Source: Sphagnum compactum (lineage: Eukaryota). Taken from it: DNA of 64,000 nt. The stretch spans positions 2,914,001-2,978,000 of the forward strand of contig OZ234493.1 in the NCBI GenBank assembly GCA_965153455.1. Direction: 5' to 3'. Within the stretch, counting starts at the first letter, position 1. Each line of letters starts with the position of its first letter. Below are positions 50,901 to 63,400 of this stretch, one piece after another. The notes under the pieces are model-generated. The model saw only the letters and a program-made list of their open reading frames with translations. It was not told the origin of the DNA and did not search any database. A program made the translations under genes and the position numbers.

Positions 50901-53900
50901 TATTTGTTGGTTTAACCTAACGTCAAATATTAATTAATCTATAAAGATAGTTGGAATTGCTATTGCTATTATACATTATGGACTATTTTAAAAGATCAAA
51001 TTCATCTTTTATTCAAATTTCCTATTGATGTTAAAGTGGCTATCATATTTGCAAAACTAGATGAATTATGAATGGCTATAGTTACCTTTGGAGAAATAGC
51101 TTTAAGGTTGCTTAATCCAACTATTTTACTGCATAAGTTAAAGAGTAACGGTTTTAGATTTTTGGGTCAAATTTGGTGAAATTTCATTAAAAAGAAGTCA
51201 TTACACAGCCATAAGGCGGATTAGTAAGTTGGAAGTAGCCTATAGCTTTGTTCACATTTTGTTACTTGGGCACTAGGCACCTCCTTTAATTATTTTTTAG
51301 TATGAAAATTGATTAATCAATTAAGAAATAAAATTTGAAAGCGTGAGTAAACCAATTATAAAACCAAATAAAAATGAATGACAATAATTCAAACCAAAAA
51401 GAGAAAAAATATTTTCAATTAATAACTTCACAAGGTATGTAAGTTGAACATAGTATACAATTGAGGCAACCCCATAAAAAAGAACCCTATCTAAAATTTA
51501 ATTGGCTAGCAAACTTATTTTATGACACCATTGATTGATTATTGATTATAACATATGTAGCAATTTACAAGACTGAACAAACATAACAACTTGTATATAC
51601 CCTTTATGTACATCATGATCAAGATTCAATACGGAGACATGTAATGCCATAAATTTTGCAAGGGATAACATGCTAATCCAATGTGTTTTGACATTATGGA
51701 AAATTTTATTCCTACCTTGATCTTCAACAATTTTGGCTATTTTATGAACTCAACATGGCATTATAGGGAATGTGTAAAATAGGTGTATAGAGAGGCAAAC
51801 AAGTTGTCAATGTGACTAATAACAAGAAACTTCGACATGTAAACTACTATATGTTTTAATGCACAATCCAATGTATGTATTTCAAGGTCATGTTGCAATG
51901 AGAGCCGAGGTCCTTGTGGCAACCTTCATGGTCATTGTCATCTCTTTTGTTGTTGGGAGTGCAATCACAATATAACAATGCATGGAAAGTGTAAACACTA
52001 CTTAATTTTTCACATTTAAAAATGGTAAATCAAGTTAATGTTGAAAGTTTTTGGTGTGTTTATATTAAATGTTTTTAAAAATATATTATGGATTTTTTTT
52101 GATAACTTTGAAATGAATTTTTAATGAATATACAATATGAAAATCATATTTTTATTTTTTAAATGACTTGAAATGCCTTGAAAATGACATGATCATGAAT
52201 GATATTCATAATTTATACATTTACATAACAATATAATAAACAACTTTTTTAAAACATTCATGGTGGTCATCATATGTTGATGCCACATGGAGGATTTTAT
52301 TTTATTTATTTATTATTAGTATTATTTTTGGGGTGGGGTGTGGGCTTTTGTGGTTTTCATTGTTTATGTTTTATATGAGGGGTAAAGCTTGATGTGACTT
52401 TTTTGTTTTTTTTTTGTTTTTCCTATTTTACTAGCATTTTTTGTTTTAGTTTTATTTCTATCTTCTTGTTGTGGGGGAGCTAAGCATTTCTCGTGACAAC
52501 ATTCATGGTGGTTGTCATATGTTGTTGAGGCTCCCCATAGCTTTCTTTTGTTTGTTTAAATTTTGTATTGTTGTCATGGGGAGTTGGGGAAGAAAAAGAA
52601 GAAAACGGCAACACCAACATACACATAAAAGGTGGCTCAATCCACAATTGCCTACCAACATGCACATGGCATTAGTAATTGAAATTATAGTTCTAGGAAC
52701 AATGCTTTTGCAAAGTTTGAGTAGCATGTACAATTGATTTTCATACATTGATGGATTAGTTATGACAATTTTTAGACTCCCATATATTTTTGTAACATGT
52801 TTTTTTTTTTTTTTTTTGGGTACATTTTCCTTCCCTTTGCACCCCGATTACAAACTTTTTATAATTAAGATGTATCTTAACATTCATTCTCATTCAAAAG
52901 CAGAAAGTCCATTTGTGTATCAAATGATGCATTCATTTAGCATGAATTATAGGTCTATATAGCAAACGAGGGTATTGTAATCAATTTCACAAAAAGATTT
53001 AAAAATTAATCTAACAAAATGAGAGTTTTTCACTCCCTTTGCCATAAATATAATTATAGTTTTCGAGAAAACGAAAGTATTGCATTTTGCGAACTAGGAG
53101 CTTGGTTTAAATACTTATACAATGGCTGAAAATTTGTGAATGTACCTTAGATGTAGGTACCATTACAATGTGCCTTTCAGCACCTATTGCAATTTATTTG
53201 CATTTAGGGTTCACCTTATATTATCATCAAAGGATAGAAGGTACTTAAGCCAAAAATGGCAAGATTTTTGCAATACTCACTTTTTTTGGTAACAACATTG
53301 GGTCTTAGTAGGTTTAGTTCATTATTAGACTATAGGGGTCAATAGTGGGTAAGTAAGTGGGCATAAATAAGTACCTTCTTGTTTTCATGCAATATCTCAT
53401 CTTTTTGTGTTGGCATCCCTTAAGTGGTGAGGAGGTATTAAGTTGGTGAAAATACTTTGTTTCAAGTAGTCCATGAGTGAACTAGTGCATGAGTCATTAT
53501 GGATTGTTGTTACCTCAGCACAAGTGAGAGCTAAAATAGTTGCATTCTAAAACTGCTGCTTGGCCTTCCTAGGAAGATCAAAGGTACAACTAGGTTGTTT
53601 GTGCGATCTTCAATGGATCACTGATTGTTGTTGATGTTGGAATGGCTATGGAGCCTGGCAACTATGTTGGTGCTTGCCATGCCCCAAGCCATCATTCCAA
53701 CATGTAGCAAGGTGTCGCAGTGCAAGTTCTTTCACCACTCTTTTTGCCAAAACCACAAACAAGTTATTTCGGACTGACACCCACATAACAAACATCAATC
53801 ATTGCAAAGTTTTGCTCGTAGAAAGTTGGAAACTGAAAATCTCACAAGCAAGACCTGTCCTGTCGCCTGTTATCACACTCTGTTCATTGCACATTCCACC

Positions 53901-54627
53901 AGTGTCTTAAAGCACCACACCCATTATACTTGTGTTTCGCTACTCCTTCATACTCCCTAAATGGTTTCTAAAATGTGCCTAACATCTCATCAGTATGCCA
54001 TGCAAGCTAAATAGATAATACCCTTGTGAACCATCCCTGTAGATTTCACTGTTTGCTTCAGTACTTTTAGATTTGTACATACTGCAAGATTGAATTTCAA
54101 GGGAAAGTAAAGTACAATATATGCCACCTCTTGCTACAAGCTTCCCTGGAGAACAAAATGAAAAGTTGTGGGATCTACATCACCGCACTCTCCACCAGTC
54201 TTCACTTTTGCACTGTTGGTGGGTGCACTACACAGACATTGTTTGCACTTCATTCTGCACCAGTAGTTAGCTGGGAAGATTGGGTCCGGGACTCTGCATT
54301 GCAAGAGTAAAAGTTTCCTTCCAATTCTTTCTGCTGCAATTTTTCACAGGGACGCATGTTAAATAGGGAGCAGGTCAGAACAAAAATCTCCTTATCCATA
54401 TTGTTGATGCAGGGGTATACATCCAGTTGGCAAAATCCTGCTGCTTGATTCCATTCTTGATAGTTGTATCACAGCATTCTAGTTTCTTCACCCAATCAAC
54501 AAACTCTTCCGTGAGTAGTAGACAGATCTGCTCCTCTTAGTAGTGTCTTTGCAATGGAGCTCATTCCTGATGCAAATGAACAATCACCAACACCATCACC
54601 ATGCCACTTCCATGATTCAACCAGTTC

Positions 54628-57600
54628 TCATGTTGTCTGTTTCTCCACCTCATCCTCAAAAGCTTCTTCAATCATTGGAAGCTCAGCCCACAAAGGCTCA
54701 CAAGGAGCTGAATTCAGCCTGCTGCTAGTGTCCAGCACTGGATGGTTCAACCAAGGTCCAGGCTCGAAAGCAGGTGAAGTCTTGGAACTAAAGAGAGAAG
54801 AGAAAGATGAAAGATTCTCATCCGTCTGACTCCATCTCTCCTTTCCTGGTTGGATTTCTTTGTATACACCTGCTAGAGGTGGCGAGTCATACATGCTTGC
54901 ACACTCTTGATGTCTGAAGCATGTCACCAAATGGTCATTGACCAGACCTGCAGCTTGCATCAGTACATACATAGTTGTGGGTCCTACAAATCTAAGCCCT
55001 CGTCTCACCAGCTCATTGCTGAGCGCCTCAGACTTTGGTGTTTTTACTGGAACTTGCTTGGAGAGCTTGTAGTGGCTCACCATTGGCTTATAGTTAACAA
55101 AACTCCAAAGGAAATTTGTCAAAGAGCCACACTCTTCTTCTATCTGCAAACACGTAAATACTGCATTAGATCATATTGTCCACATGAAATAACTCAGTTG
55201 TTTCTAGTTCATGTACATCTGCATTATGTCTGAAAGGCACAGCAAACCAGTCTATGAAAAAAGGTTCAGTATGATTTGAGGCTAACCTCAAGAACTCGTT
55301 TAGCATTGTCAATGGCTCCCCTTACTTTAGCCTCAGGAATCCGGATTCTAGGATTGGCTATTAAGGTAGTGATCTTCTTTTCATTGAACTTTGCCACTAC
55401 TGCTGCATCAAAACCTGCAAATGCATCCCTGCACAGAAAATTTGACAACAAACAGCGATTTGAGCATCTGATTTGAAACAGACATTTCTATCCCAAAAAA
55501 TGGAATCTTCCCTTTTGGTTCAAACTTTGCCACTACTACTACTACTCCTGTTGCATCAAAATCTGAAAATTCCCACCATGCACAAAAAGTTGTCAAGAAA
55601 CAAAGAATTTGAGTTAACTGGAAGAAGATCAACACTTTAATATTTGCTAATCTACAACAAAAATGAAGGGAAGATGCACACTCATACAGACCTAAAATCA
55701 TCACGCAGAGCAAGTATAGATGACCAACTCAACTCAGCCTGTGCACCCGCCAGCACAATCAACTCAAACAGAAGCCTGCATTGCATTGTTCGTCCCAGCG
55801 ACAACAATCAGTGTTCTAATCTACATAAAAAACCCTACATTATAATGGATATCCTCCCCACCTCCCCTAGAGGAATAAGAATCAAGTTGAGATAGAGAAA
55901 TGGATAGCTTCAAATGAAACTGGGAAGAGAAAAAATGGAGAGCACAACAAGGTTGGGGGAGCAGCATACCTTTCATCATAAACAGGAACACCCCATTCTT
56001 CATCGTGATATGCAATCAATGCTGCATCTGTAGTAATTTCAAGCAAAGAATGCAAAGCTGATTAGATAAGATCACCTCAAGATTGTGAGACTTGACAGAC
56101 ACACCACTTGCGTTTCTCTGGTCTTTCTGAGTGTCTACAATGTTAAGACTGAACACAATGTGGAATGCAACCTTTTACAATAGCATATAAAAATATACCA
56201 CATGTTCATCTTTCTCTATGGTAGGAAGAAAACCAATCAACGAATAGATTATCAAGATCCCAAATCTGATGATTAGAATCCAGAAAGAAGAAGATGACTC
56301 ACCACTCTGTGAAGTAATCCAGCCACAACGCTTTTTGACATTAGAAGTAGGTGACATGGGCAAGCCTTCAGGTACAACACGAGCACTGGTTTTATGTGAA
56401 GCTTGGATGTGTTTAAAGCCTGCTGCCATTTGCTGCTGCTGCTGTTGAGCCTGAAACTCCGGCATTAACTTCGTTGTGGTTGCCACATTGCCTGAACTCA
56501 TTGAAGAACTTGTGTACGAGTTGTTGCTGCAGTCCCCGCTGCTTGTTATACTCTTGGGACTCTCTGATGGGGAAGAACATCTTGCATGGTTCTGGGAGGA
56601 CCCAGCTGCTGAAGCCATAGTTTTCACATTTGCAAAGCTTGGTGATGAAAAGCTGGAAGGTTGGTTCTGGTGGTGAGCTAGTAGGGTTGATGAGCTTGTC
56701 ACTGAAGATTTTGTGGGTTTTGTCAGGCTTCTTGTGGGAGTCAATGGACGGTTCGGACTAGTGGCAGCAGGAGAAGAAGAAGGTTTAGCAGCTATGGCAG
56801 ATCTGGTAGTGAGAATAGAAGAGGAGGAAGAAGAAGGGTTTGGAGATTTTGTACTAATAGTTCTAGTGGGAGTTGAGGTTCGAGGTTTTGCAATCACAGT
56901 TGTAGGCGGGGCACTGCTGACTCGTGTAGGAGTGGAAGGGCGAGGAGAAGAAGCAGAGGTTTGCGAGCCAGGTCGAGACAAAGAGGGAGACGAAGGGCGG
57001 GCAAAGGCGACAGAAGAGGGAGAAGAAGAAACAGAAGAAGAAGAGGGTTGAGAAGAATAGATCCGGGAAGGAGATGGAACTCGAGTTAGCTTGTTGGAAT
57101 TACGGGAAGAGACAACAGGGGCCTGGAGAGAGCTCGGCGCGGGTTTGACGATGCCAGTCCTTGAAGGGGATGAAGGGCGAGAAACCAAGCTCGAAGTCAA
57201 GGAAGAAGTTGCAGCTCTAGGTTGTTGTTCTGTAGACGCGGAGAGCCGAGGTTTAGTGTCAGAAGAAGAAGAACGAGGAGCAGGAGAGCTAGCAGTCACC
57301 TGAGGCAGCAACCGTGTCCTTTCTTTCAAGGAGGAGAGAGGTGGAGGCTTGCTAGCTCCAGGAGATGGAGCGGCTGAACAACGATTCTCCAGACTGACGG
57401 ATTGCGATGACGACCTTGCAAGCTGGTTCATGAGGGAAGAGAACTTCGCGAACTGGCCGGGCACGCTTGATGAGGAGACGACGGTGGTGTCGGAGACAGA
57501 AGACTTGACAGCAGCGGGAGATGAACAGGCTCTTCCCTGAGTAGTTGAAGGAACTGCCGAAGCTTTCACAACCTCCGAGGAAGTCTCCTCATGAAGATGA

Positions 57601-57947
57601 TGCGGAGAAACAAAAGGTGGTGACGACGGCTTCCCCATATGACGGCTTGCGAGAGAGGAGTCTACTCCCTCCAATGCCTTCTCTTGTGCAGGAGCCGGTG
57701 GATTGACGGGCCTTTCGCGAGGACGAGCAGGAGACGGAACTCTTCTCTTGCTTGCTGCCTCCGGCTTCACTTCCAGCGAGCTGCTGCTGCTCTTTATTAG
57801 AGCTTGTGACGGCACCGATCTCGAAGGAGTCCTGCTACGGTTGAGTGGACGATTGTTGTCTGGAATTTTCTCCATTGTCACGTCCATCTCGCTCGGTGAA
57901 GCAGCGGTCATCGACAACTCCCGGACAACTTCACGCTCTGTGCACAT
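54628..57947 (-). CDS. DNA-3-methyladenine glycosylase I (TAG/adenine glycosylase family)-like protein with a long Ser/Pro-rich N-terminus
   Basis: Exons 57947..56303, 56027..55970, 55775..55692, 55428..55287, 55143..54628 are GT-AG and frame-consistent. Motifs KKRCGWIT, AYHDEEWGVPV, LLFELIVLAGAQAELSW, FRDAFAGFD, KTPKSEALSNELVRRGLRFVGPTTMYVLMQAAGLVNDHLVTCFRH. The first in-frame ATG is 57947; the track ORF starts at a GTG at 58007. Confidence 0.92.
55505..55615 (-). pseudogene. Decayed duplicate of the intron 3/exon 4 boundary of the TAG-like gene
   Basis: Reads EFSDFDATGVVVVVAKFEPK versus the functional DAFAGFDAAVVAKFNEK. The acceptor TGTGCAG has become TGTGCAT. Confidence 0.75.
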
Positions 57948-59902
57948 CTTCAAGCAATGTGCTGTCGTTGATAATCTTTGTATACCTTCCTGCTGCTCTC
58001 CTGGCACTAGGATCCTTTCTTCGAGGTTCTTGAAGCACGATATTGCGGACTATTGCTGCAGCCTGCTTCCAGCAACATTACCCTCTGTTCTTCAATGATT
58101 GCAGAAAGAAAGAGATCAAGGCGATGAAGATGCCGGACGCACGCAGCAGCAGCAGCAGCTCCAGCTCTATTACGTCGCCTGCACTTCTCTGCTTCTCTGA
58201 TGAATGTGTTCTGAGTCAACAGTACTATCCCCCTGAAGTTTCTTTCCGACCAAAGCAACTGACAGCAGAAACTGTACTAGCAATACTGAAGAATACCAAA
58301 CTGGTCACATTGAAGAAACTATCGGTTCTCTGTTGCTGCTTCTTCTTCACCAGAAGAAGATGATTCTCTTCCAGTCCTTGAAGCTAACTTTGTCTTCTGA
58401 TGATCCCCTGTCGCAATAAACAAAATTTCACTCTCGTGCTCAATAATACTTCAAGACCAACAGTTCCTTCTTGAGAAGAAGAAGATTAATTACCCGGGCG
58501 CGCAATCGCTATCATTGAGGGAAAAAAAGTCTGTAGCTATATGTCGCATGCAACAACAACAACAGTCTAAATAAGCTGGATAGACAGGGTAAATAAAGTA
58601 ATGTCTCTACGTCATACTACTTGAAAAATGTTTGTCATGAATAAACCATCAGCGGCAGACGGTACGGAATCTCTCTGAAAGAAGAAGAACAAGAAGAACA
58701 AGAAGTGAATGCACATACTTCTTTAACCAAAAGAAAAAAAGGAAAGGAGAAATCTGTACTACGACTTTTGTTAGAAGACGGACGGACACGTGAGATGGAG
58801 TAGAAGGACGGAGAGGAGAACTGCTGCAAAAGTGTTGAAGTCTGGAGAAGACGCAAAACGAAGACTGTTGCAAGGAGATAGAGAGAGCGCGCAGGGGGAG
58901 AGATTCGAGTGTCGCAGTACTTGGGGCACCTGGTAGGTGACTAGATTTGGTAGGTACGAAAAAATTACGTGGGGTAGGTAATAGTAGGTACGAGGTCACG
59001 AATCGGGCAGCCAATTTGGTAATTCGTCCGGGCACAGTAAATTTTTGTTTACCCCTTCAATGCTGATATTTTGTTTTTGTTTTATTTGTTTTTTCCCAGT
59101 TTTGTGGTTTCCAAATTTGGCGACCCCTCCCAATATTTAAAGAAAAATTATACGAATTTTCAACAAAAAATTTCCAATTATTGTTATTATTATTATTAGT
59201 AGTCAGGTGGCAAAACTTTGCAAAAAAAGAAGAAGAAAAGAAGTTCAATGCTCAACCCTACACTCTTCCTTACATTGCTACTATTTAATTTTTGAATGCC
59301 AAAATAAAAGTCTTTAAACCCTAAATTTAAATTTCTTTAAATAAAAACAAGAATAGTTAATAATTAAAAAAAATTCCCAGAAATTCTTCCAGTGGTCTTT
59401 TTTTTTTTTTTTTCCTCCAATTTTTTTTGAAGTAGGAGTAGGTGGCAAGCCTGCCAATGTAGTAGATGGCCATAATTTGTTTAAAACAAAAAAATAAAGT
59501 GGCAATAATCTTCAAAAACAAAAAATTTCCCTTGTTTTTGTGAAAATTAAAAATAGAAAAAGCATCCATGATATAATATTTCAGTTTGCTTTTTCTTTTT
59601 TTGGGTCACTGCATTACAATATAATTCAACACCCAAAGAATAAAATAAAGTGTTAATGACATCACAAAAATTAGATGATTTTGTGGAAAAGCCAACATCT
59701 TGTTTGTTTTTGTGTGTGTTTTTCATGATTTATATTAATATTACATACCTTATGATGAATGATGATCAACATTAGTCAAGAAAATATCAAATGGAGTTAA
59801 TTTGTAGGAGGAAAAGAAAAATTATAAATAAAATAGAAATTAAAATAAATAATTAGTAGATTAAAAATCAATTTATTGATCGTTGGTGTTTTTTTGGGGA
59901 TC

Positions 59903-60160
59903 AATTTTGTGATGTAGCCAACAGTGACGACCATCCATATGAACATTTAGCCAAATTTGGCTGTAAATGAGATATGAAAGTTTTAAATTAAAAAAAAAAA
60001 CAGTTTTTTATATTGTTGGCTACCTGCTTGAACCATGTATTGAAATCTGACAAATTTTCTAAATTTTTTTTTGAATTCAGGTAATTGAGCATCTCAAAAA
60101 TCACTTCTTTTATGCATTAAAAAATAAATAAATCTTTCTGGTTAAATTTTGCCAGTAACA
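59903..60160 (+). repeat. Dispersed repeat family D
   Basis: AATTTTGTGATGTAGCCAAC...ATTTAGCCAAATTTGGCT...GCTACCTGCTTGAACCATGTAT.GAAATCTG is colinear with 63137..63400. Confidence 0.8.
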
Positions 60161-60546
60161 AAAGCCTAATATTCATTGAAAGATTAAATTTGAGAAATAT
60201 GAGGTTGATTAATTTGATAAACATGGTGATGACTAATTAAGCAACATGATGGTTGTTAGTTAGAAAGGGTTAGGTGTTCAGAGAATGTTTTTTTCTTGCA
60301 TTTCAGCTTGAATATTACTTGTAATTCTAAGCATGAACTAGAGTTTGATTTGTGAAAATCTGAGAAGATTCGCCAAGAAAAGTTGCAAGCAAAAAAGCAA
60401 AAGAAGATAACACGTGTTAAATCATATGAGAAAATGTAGATAGAAGTTTATAAAAGATAGTGAGTGTTCTTGAATAAGCTCATGTTCGTTAGACGTTGTT
60501 GAAATCTTTAAACTTTTAGACCTTTGGGACGATTTTTTTTCTTTTT

Positions 60547-60800
60547 TTTTGATGTAACTGAAATGATGATCATCCATAAGACAATTTAGTAAAATTTGGC
60601 TATAAAACAAGATATGAAAATTAAAAAAAAGTTTAAGCATCCTTCACATTTTGGTCTACATACCAAAACTCAAAAGAGAAATCTAGAATTTTTTTCAAAA
60701 AAAACTTGTTGAGATTTGGCAACTAGAAAATCTAAAAAAAAAACACATATATTTTTAGCCATTTTGAAAAAAAGAAAGTATTAGCCAACTAAATTTAGCC
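60547..60800 (+). repeat. Dispersed repeat family D (diverged copy)
   Basis: TGATGTAAC...ATCATCCATAAGACAATTTAGTAAAATTTGGCTATAAAACAAGATATGAAA. Confidence 0.65.
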
Positions 60801-63136
60801 AGAAAAATAAAGCTGAACATGATGTAAGTTTTAGGCCAGAGTGAACCAGCAGCACCCATATCATCAGTCCACCATCCACTGGATGGATGCCCATTATGAC
60901 TGGGGAGGTGTTTTCCTGCCGTTGATGATCAGGGTTCCGGTTCCAACCAAGAAATTTCATTTCGGATTCCGGAAGAAGAAGGAAGAAGACTCTCATCTCG
61001 TCTGTTCTGTCTGGAAGATTCCAATTGCAATTACGATTCTATTGTAGTACTACAAATGATGAAGGTTTTTTTTTTTTTTTTTTTCATTATGGGAAATACT
61101 GACAAAGTTCATGAATATGGTGTGTGTGTGTATTGACAGGGAAAAAGAAATGAAAAAAAAGAAATAATTGGTGTAAAGTCAACCAATTGATAAAAGCAAC
61201 AAACTAGCAGACGGACGGACAGACGATAAATAAATTGTTACAAATCTTCTTTTTTTTTTTTTTTTTTCTTCTTCCGTCGAACATCCTTCTACAATTAACC
61301 CATTTGTGTAAGTGTAGCCGCCCATAAACATGGGCATATTGTGAAGGAGAAGGGCCTGCCCGCACAAGGCGATACCAAAAGCCAAGCACTGGCTGGCCGG
61401 AGGGTCAGCCCACACAAGGTGATAGATAGCCGAGTGACTGGCCTGATTTTGGTAGTAATGCCCTCCTCGTCTCGTCCAAGGGCGGGCAAATCGGATGCCT
61501 TATCCCACATTAAGATTCTGCAAAACTTTTCCTTTTTACGGTCTTCAAGATCTGCAGAAAACCGAAGAACCCACTTTTTCAAGAACAGAAATGAGCCCAT
61601 GCATAATACGGACGATCCCACCATCGAATGAACCCAAGGAAGGACCCACCCCCCCCCACCCACTTCAAGAATGGAAAATTCACCACCCCCTCCCCGCCCC
61701 TCCCCTCCTCCCTTAGGCGACCGGAAATTACGGTTTAGAACGTGGCATGGTAGTCGCAGAGTCCGAGGAAACTGGGAAATTTTCCTTTCATCATTTTTAT
61801 TCACCCAATGATGTACTTACTATACGACTACAATACAACTGTGTATCATGATTGTGGCCACTTCCGACCGAAAGTTTCCGATCGAAAGTATCCAATGTTT
61901 CAAAGGAAAGTGTTTTAATAATATTCAATAGACAAAAATGTTTTCCTATTGGGCACCTCGTTTTCTCTTGGTGACTTTTTTTTTTTGGTGGCGAATTTTC
62001 AACTAATTTTTTTTGGGGGGGGGGGGGGTTCTAGTGTAAATTTGACTTAATTTGCTAATTTCTTGGAAAATTTCTCCAAATTCTCAATATCACAAAATTG
62101 GGGGAAAAAAAAAAAAAAAACCCATGCCTACAAATCTTTTCATATTGGGCACTTGTTCTGTAATAACATTGAGCCTGGTGGTGCTGCATTTAACTAGTTA
62201 TTCCTCAACCCGAAAAAGGAAACACAGGATGAAACTCAGTTTACCACCAAAATTGGTGGATCTTGTCATCTAGGCAAATCTTTTCGGTTGGGCACTTTGT
62301 CCTCTAATATAACCGTTTGAGAGCCTGAGACCCCGCATTTAACTGGTTTGCACTTCTTTAGTATATCATGCCATTTAGTAGTCAACTTATCTAGTGAAAG
62401 ATTGGCCCTTGTAGATCCTTTCACAATGCCAACATTTGCCAAAGCATTCATTTGGGATGAAAGTGAGGTGCTATTTGGGAACTCTTTGCTTTGATCCCCC
62501 CTTTCTCCCCCCTCCAAGAACCTGGACTAGGTAATAGCCCTTCCTAAGAACACCCTACCCTACTACCTATTGGGGAAGCTTGGTGTAGCAAATTGCAATA
62601 ATGGGGTTATAAGTTATATAAATTTGTTGCCAAGGAAAAGGGATTTTGTTTTAGGAGTGTTTCATTAGTACAAACCCTAAAATGTTTTATAGGGTTTCTA
62701 AATTTAATTCTTATTCAAATCAGTCACCTCTTTCTGAATAGAACATGAAGATGTGAAATGAATTTTGGAAACTAATTGTTATTTTCTAGAAAGACAATTA
62801 ATGAATGATATTTTCTAATTAAATTTGCCACTATAAATTGTTTTTTTGGAGTTTATTTGTAGATTGTAATTTCTTTGATGACTCTCTATTTTCCATTTGA
62901 AAAGTGTGTAATTATTAACCTTTTGGATAGGAAACCGAGATTGATTCCTCCCCCCCCATCCCCCCCTCTCTTCCCTTTCCAACACACACCCACACACATT
63001 TAAAATCTAGTTCATTAACTCTTGTTATTAATATGACTCTAATAAAGAAATTTTGGCCTCGAGATTTGAGAAATTCAGTAATGCTTAGGGGGCCTTTTTC
63101 CAATGCCATTTTAGTAATGAGTGTGTCTTTTTGGGT

Positions 63137-63400
63137 CAATTTTTGTGATTAGTAGCCAACGTGGCAATGATCCACAGAAAGATTTAGCCAAATTTGGCTA
63201 CCAGCTAAATATAAAAAGTTATATATAATTTTTTTCAAAACTAATCCAAATTTTGTTTGCTACCTACTTGAACCATGTATGGAAATCTGGCGAATTTTCT
63301 TAAAAAATTGGTTGAATATATGGCTATTGGAAATCTCAAAAAAAAAAGCACTTGAGTTTAGTACTATTTAAATTTTCAATATAGCTTTTTTGGGCTATAA
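63137..63400 (+). repeat. Dispersed repeat family D
   Basis: TTTTGTGATTAGTAGCCAACGTGGCAATGATCCACAGAAAGATTTAGCCAAATTTGGCTAC...GCTACCTACTTGAACCATGTATGGAAATCTGGCG. Confidence 0.8.

Noticed and set aside
56476..58098. Plus-strand Glu/Gly-rich ORFs
   Set aside because: They are antisense shadows of the Ser/Pro-rich first exon of the TAG-like gene.
61496..61630. miR390-site-like GCCTTATCCCAC (TAS3 idea) and USE-like ATCCCACAT / ATCCCACCATCG motifs
   Set aside because: The TGAGCT seed match and a second miR390 site are absent. The USE-like motifs have no correctly spaced TATA box or recognisable snRNA downstream.
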